From assembly GCA_934153945.1 (NCBI GenBank), contig CAKPFM010000003.1, positions 3,831-67,830 of the forward strand: 64,000 bases of DNA. The letters run 5' to 3'. Position numbers and translations under genes: made by a program. The notes beneath the pieces are model-generated. The model made no database searches. It saw only the letters and a list, made by a program, of their open reading frames with translations, and was not told the origin of the DNA. Shown piece after piece: positions 60,613 to 64,000 of the stretch. The first letter of the stretch is position 1. Each line of letters begins with the position of its first letter. Origin of the DNA: an uncultured Bacilli bacterium. GTDB taxonomy: Bacteria > Bacillota_I > Bacilli_A > RF39 > UBA660.

Positions 60613-61731
60613 ATGAAATTAGAAGATTATATAATTATTGCAAAATTAATAAATGAAAAAAAATATAATGATATATATGTAAGGTATGGAAAGCAATGTT
60701 TTCTAGATTTTACTTCATATAGTTATCAAAAAGAAGAACTTAATAATTTATTAAAAAATGGCAGGTTTTTAGATATATATGAAAAATATAGTACTAGTAC
60801 TTATAATAAATATCTTAAAAAAATGACAAAAATTGACATTAAAAATGAGTTGGGAAAAAATTCGATTAAATACATTATCTTCGAAAATTTAAAAAATAAA
60901 TTAAGATTAATAAAACAAAATACAGTTATTGGACTAGCTACACTATCGACGATTTCAATTTGTTTAGCAGCAGAAATATCAACAAGTTTTGATACAATTA
61001 TAAATAATAATTCTATTAAATATGAAAATGAAATAAATGATTATAACCAAGAAATAAAAGAATATGCTGAATACATTAAATCTTTAAAATTGAGTGATTT
61101 AGAAACAATTATAAAAGTAATTAATGATATGTGGTCTAATATTGATGGATACAAAACTCCTGATGACTATGATATAATAGGATACCATAGATTATCACTT
61201 TATATTGATGGATATGGAGTATGTAGAAATATGGCAGATGATTTTACTGCACGTATTAATGCTATAAACCCGGATTATGAAGCATGTAACTTTTATGTAT
61301 ACATAAGCAATTCTGAATTAAATGATATTGAAAGAAATATCATTAATGAAAATGATACTGTAATGCAAATCGATTCAGAAAATAAAAACAATTATATAAA
61401 TGAATTTAGTAAAAAAATAATCGGTAATCATTTAGTCACTTGTATGAAAATAAAAAATGACAATGCTATACTTATAGTAGATCCAACTAATCCATCAATA
61501 GGTTTATATCAAAATGGTAAAACATACATGTTTAATAATACAATTGATGGAATAGAAAATAAACCAGTGGGAAATATATTATCTGGAATTAAAAATAGAA
61601 TTAACTATTTAAAAAAACTAAAAGATAGTTATATTATAAATAGTAATTATGATTATTTAAACAAAAAATATAATATAGAAAATCAAAATAAGGCATTAAA
61701 AAAAATTAAAGAATATTCTAATAATAAATAA
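60613..61731 (+). CDS. hypothetical protein with internal TM helix (372 aa)
   Basis: ORF followed by a hairpin terminator. Hydrophobic segment VIGLATLSTISICLAAEI. Confidence 0.4.
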   Translation: MKLEDYIIIAKLINEKKYNDIYVRYGKQCFLDFTSYSYQKEELNNLLKNGRFLDIYEKYSTSTYNKYLKKMTKIDIKNELGKNSIKYIIFENLKNKLRLIKQNTVIGLATLSTISICLAAEISTSFDTIINNNSIKYENEINDYNQEIKEYAEYIKSLKLSDLETIIKVINDMWSNIDGYKTPDDYDIIGYHRLSLYIDGYGVCRNMADDFTARINAINPDYEACNFYVYISNSELNDIERNIINENDTVMQIDSENKNNYINEFSKKIIGNHLVTCMKIKNDNAILIVDPTNPSIGLYQNGKTYMFNNTIDGIENKPVGNILSGIKNRINYLKKLKDSYIINSNYDYLNKKYNIENQNKALKKIKEYSNNK

Positions 61732-61760
61732 AAACCTCCAATAAGGTTTTTATTTTTATA
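61731..61760. terminator. bidirectional terminator between convergent genes
   Basis: aaaacc-tccaataa-ggtttt hairpin followed by a T-run. Confidence 0.5.
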
Positions 61761-61762
61761 TT

Positions 61763-62680
61763 TTAAAATAAACTTTCTAATTTATTTTTATATTTTTTTG
61801 AAACATCGCCTATTGATTTAATAGCATCAATATTAAAATTATTTCCATGACTTGATCTAACAATATTATTTCTTCTAGATACATAACCATTAGTGATTAA
61901 AAAATTATTTGTTAAAAACATAGCATTATTTGTTATCAACAATTGTAATACTTTTAGATTGAGTTCAAAATTTCTTGACAAATATTTAAATGAATCAACG
62001 TAAAATAATGATGACTCTTTATCTAGTATTCCTTTTAATAATTTAATAAGAGCGTCTGGTAATTCATCGCTGATACCATTTGTTATAGTTTTAACTACAT
62101 TACCTATATTTTCTACTTCTTTGTAGTTTAGAATTTCATCAAATACATAAGGTTTATCATTATATTTTTCAAATTCAATTTCTAAATTTTCAGAAGAACA
62201 ATTTCCAAGCTTAACTAATGCATTATAAGCCACATTATATTTTTTGACAATGTCATAATAATAATCATCTTCTATACTTATTTTTTTGGATAACAAATCT
62301 ATATCAATGTCTTTAAAGTATTCAATAGCGCTACTAGTTATAAGTTTAATATCTTTGTTACTTAAAGGATTTTTTAAGCCATATCTTTTATAATCAACAC
62401 TAGCGGCAATTTCTAATAAACTATTTCTTATTCCAAGTACAACTAAATTTCCTATCTTATCATTTATATAAGGCTCATAGAAGTGTCCTTCTTCTATTAC
62501 TGTACAAAATATAGCATTTATAAAATCGGTATCATTCCAATGTTTAATAATACTGTTTAGTTGTGATTTAACATTTTCAATAATAGAATATAATCCATAA
62601 TTAGAAAATTTTAATCTACTCAATTGTTTTTTCAAAATTTTTTGTATATAAATATCTATTTCATTTTCCTCTAACATCAT
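61763..62680 (-). CDS. hypothetical protein (305 aa)
   Basis: ORF with an RBS. No motif recognised. Confidence 0.4.
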   Translation of the reverse strand: MMLEENEIDIYIQKILKKQLSRLKFSNYGLYSIIENVKSQLNSIIKHWNDTDFINAIFCTVIEEGHFYEPYINDKIGNLVVLGIRNSLLEIAASVDYKRYGLKNPLSNKDIKLITSSAIEYFKDIDIDLLSKKISIEDDYYYDIVKKYNVAYNALVKLGNCSSENLEIEFEKYNDKPYVFDEILNYKEVENIGNVVKTITNGISDELPDALIKLLKGILDKESSLFYVDSFKYLSRNFELNLKVLQLLITNNAMFLTNNFLITNGYVSRRNNIVRSSHGNNFNIDAIKSIGDVSKKYKNKLESLF

Positions 62681-62761
62681 ATAACATCTCCTAGACGTAA
62701 AGTAACATAAATTATATTTTTTGTCAAATAATTAAAAATATTCAAAGTAATAAAATTTCTA

Positions 62762-63313
62762 TTATTCAATTTTAACTAATTTAGCAGGATAAATTTCATA
62801 TAAACCAAATGTATCCACTTCTATTTCAAATGGAATAAAGTTTTGTAATATTTTTTCTTTCATTGAAATTATTTTATTATAATCTTTATCAATATGAATA
62901 GTAATATGAAAATTAAAATTATTAGGATTGTACTTTTCACTTGGTAAAATTTCATATATTTTTTGTTGTAATAATTTCAATTCTTCATTATCTTCAATAC
63001 TAAAATATAATACATAACTATTTTCTTTACCATTCATTATTTCTATATCATTTATTAGTATTTTTAGTTTAGGATATTCTATCTTTGATAGTTCATCAAT
63101 AACTTTCTCTTTACAAGAAATATCCCATGCTGACAAAGTAAAGTGATAAGGAAGTGTATCTGCTTCTTCACGATTATTAACGTTTTTTCCAAATGGAACT
63201 TTGCATAATTTATCATTTATTTCTTTTGTATAATGTTCTATTTTTTCTAAACTAATATCATTAAAAACAGAAATAAAAGTTATCCTTTCATTCATAAGTC
63301 CATCTCCAATCAT
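62762..63313 (-). CDS. 2H-phosphoesterase superfamily protein (LigT / 2'-5' RNA ligase-like)
   Basis: Two H-x-T/S-x motifs at the appropriate spacing (YHFTLSAW ... FHITIHID). Confidence 0.55.
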   Translation of the reverse strand: MIGDGLMNERITFISVFNDISLEKIEHYTKEINDKLCKVPFGKNVNNREEADTLPYHFTLSAWDISCKEKVIDELSKIEYPKLKILINDIEIMNGKENSYVLYFSIEDNEELKLLQQKIYEILPSEKYNPNNFNFHITIHIDKDYNKIISMKEKILQNFIPFEIEVDTFGLYEIYPAKLVKIE

Positions 63314-63325
63314 TATTAGATTATA

Positions 63326-63868
63326 TTATTCTTTAGCTAAATTTTCTAAAATTTCTACATTGTTTAACTTTAATAAATATTTACTTGGTAATGAAATTTT
63401 TGACTTTTTTAATCCACTTCCACAGATAATTCTTTCAACTTCCAATACTTTAGGATCAATAAATAATTTCCAATCTTCTGGTAATCCTATTGGGTTAATA
63501 CTTCCATATTCCATTTTAGTTTTTTCTAAAACATAATCAAGTGGAGCAACAGATACCATTCTAGAATTAGTATATTTTCTTACTGTAGAAGACATATTGT
63601 ATCTATATCCTGTAGGGACTAACAATGCAACATAACTTTTATTTTCTCCACGCTTACATTCACATATTAAGCAATTAGCACCTATTTTAGCATCCACATT
63701 ATAGTGTTCGAATAACTTAATACCATCCATAAATTCTGGATTTATTTCTGCGACTAAAAAATCACTTTTTTCTTCTGCAGAAAACAATTTATCTATACAA
63801 TTATAAGTAGATTCTGCTACTAAATCTTTATTATCTTCTACTTTTTTAAATTCTAATTCATTATTCAT
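63326..63868 (-). CDS. YbaK/ProX-like aminoacyl-tRNA deacylase-domain protein (tentative)
   Basis: About 180 aa with a GANCLICE...GSGLKKSKISLP pattern reminiscent of the YbaK family. The call is weak. Confidence 0.4.
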   Translation of the reverse strand: MNNELEFKKVEDNKDLVAESTYNCIDKLFSAEEKSDFLVAEINPEFMDGIKLFEHYNVDAKIGANCLICECKRGENKSYVALLVPTGYRYNMSSTVRKYTNSRMVSVAPLDYVLEKTKMEYGSINPIGLPEDWKLFIDPKVLEVERIICGSGLKKSKISLPSKYLLKLNNVEILENLAKE

Positions 63869-63893
63869 TTTCTCATCTCCATAATTTCTATAT

Positions 63894-64000
63894 CAATTTC
63901 TTATTACTTTAATTTGATATAACACTTTAGGTTTTGAATATTCTTCCTCATTTCTTGTCATAGAAGTTTCAAATGACTCTAGTGTTCCAATAATACCAAA
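63894..64000 (-). CDS. 3' end of a minus-strand ORF continuing beyond the right edge
   Basis: Open frame ...FGIIGTLESFETSMTRNEEEYSKPKVLYQIKVIRN* reading leftwards to a stop at about 63894. Fragment only. Confidence 0.2.

Noticed and set aside
1-64000. CRISPR arrays, rRNA or tRNA genes
   Set aside because: No regularly spaced direct repeats with unique spacers were seen, and no GC-rich tRNA or rRNA-like islands in this ~25% GC sequence. The only tandem repeats found are the in-frame coding repeats at 6109-6168 and 59364-59498.

Overview
This is a very AT-rich (~25% GC), gene-dense window from a low-GC Firmicutes/Clostridia-type spore-former. The evidence for that assignment is Spo0A, the dacB-spmA-spmB operon, cwlD, and CdaA-CdaR. 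Most of the window is ordinary chromosomal backbone: pgk and tpiA, ecfA1-ecfA2-ecfT-truA, rplM-rpsI, spo0A, cdaA-cdaR, uppP, htrA. The main result is one ~24 kb gene string on the minus strand at 12042-35973, lying between a rhodanese gene and the ecf operon. One strong internal stem-loop (23529-23560) and a weaker one (26272-26293) suggest it is transcribed in more than one unit. It combines Tad/Flp-type pilus assembly genes with a Gram-positive (MPF-FATA-like) conjugative T4SS core. The Tad part has a TadZ/CpaE-like gene, a TadA/CpaF-family ATPase, two GspF-like TadB/TadC membrane proteins, a CpaB-like gene and three pilin-like genes sharing an MK[EQ]A[IA]G leader. The T4SS part has a VirB4-like ATPase, a VirD4-like coupling protein, a VirB6-like polytopic protein, a VirB3/PrgI-like protein and a membrane-anchored SpoIID+CHAP cell-wall hydrolase. 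The string also encodes a 1119-aa cysteine-rich secreted protein and several uncharacterised envelope proteins. No relaxase, integrase or prepilin peptidase is visible in the window. I know of no described system with this combination and treat it as the candidate novel system. Other notable content: an orphan type IV prepilin gene beside pgk; a GT4 glycosyltransferase plus flippase-like pair inserted between pgk and tpiA; an apparent inversion that separates truA from rplM-rpsI; an Abi_2 abortive-infection gene; two Rpn (YhgA-like) paralogs; an intact IS110-family IS; and a beta-helix surface protein with 60-nt tandem repeats. I saw no rRNA, tRNA or CRISPR array.
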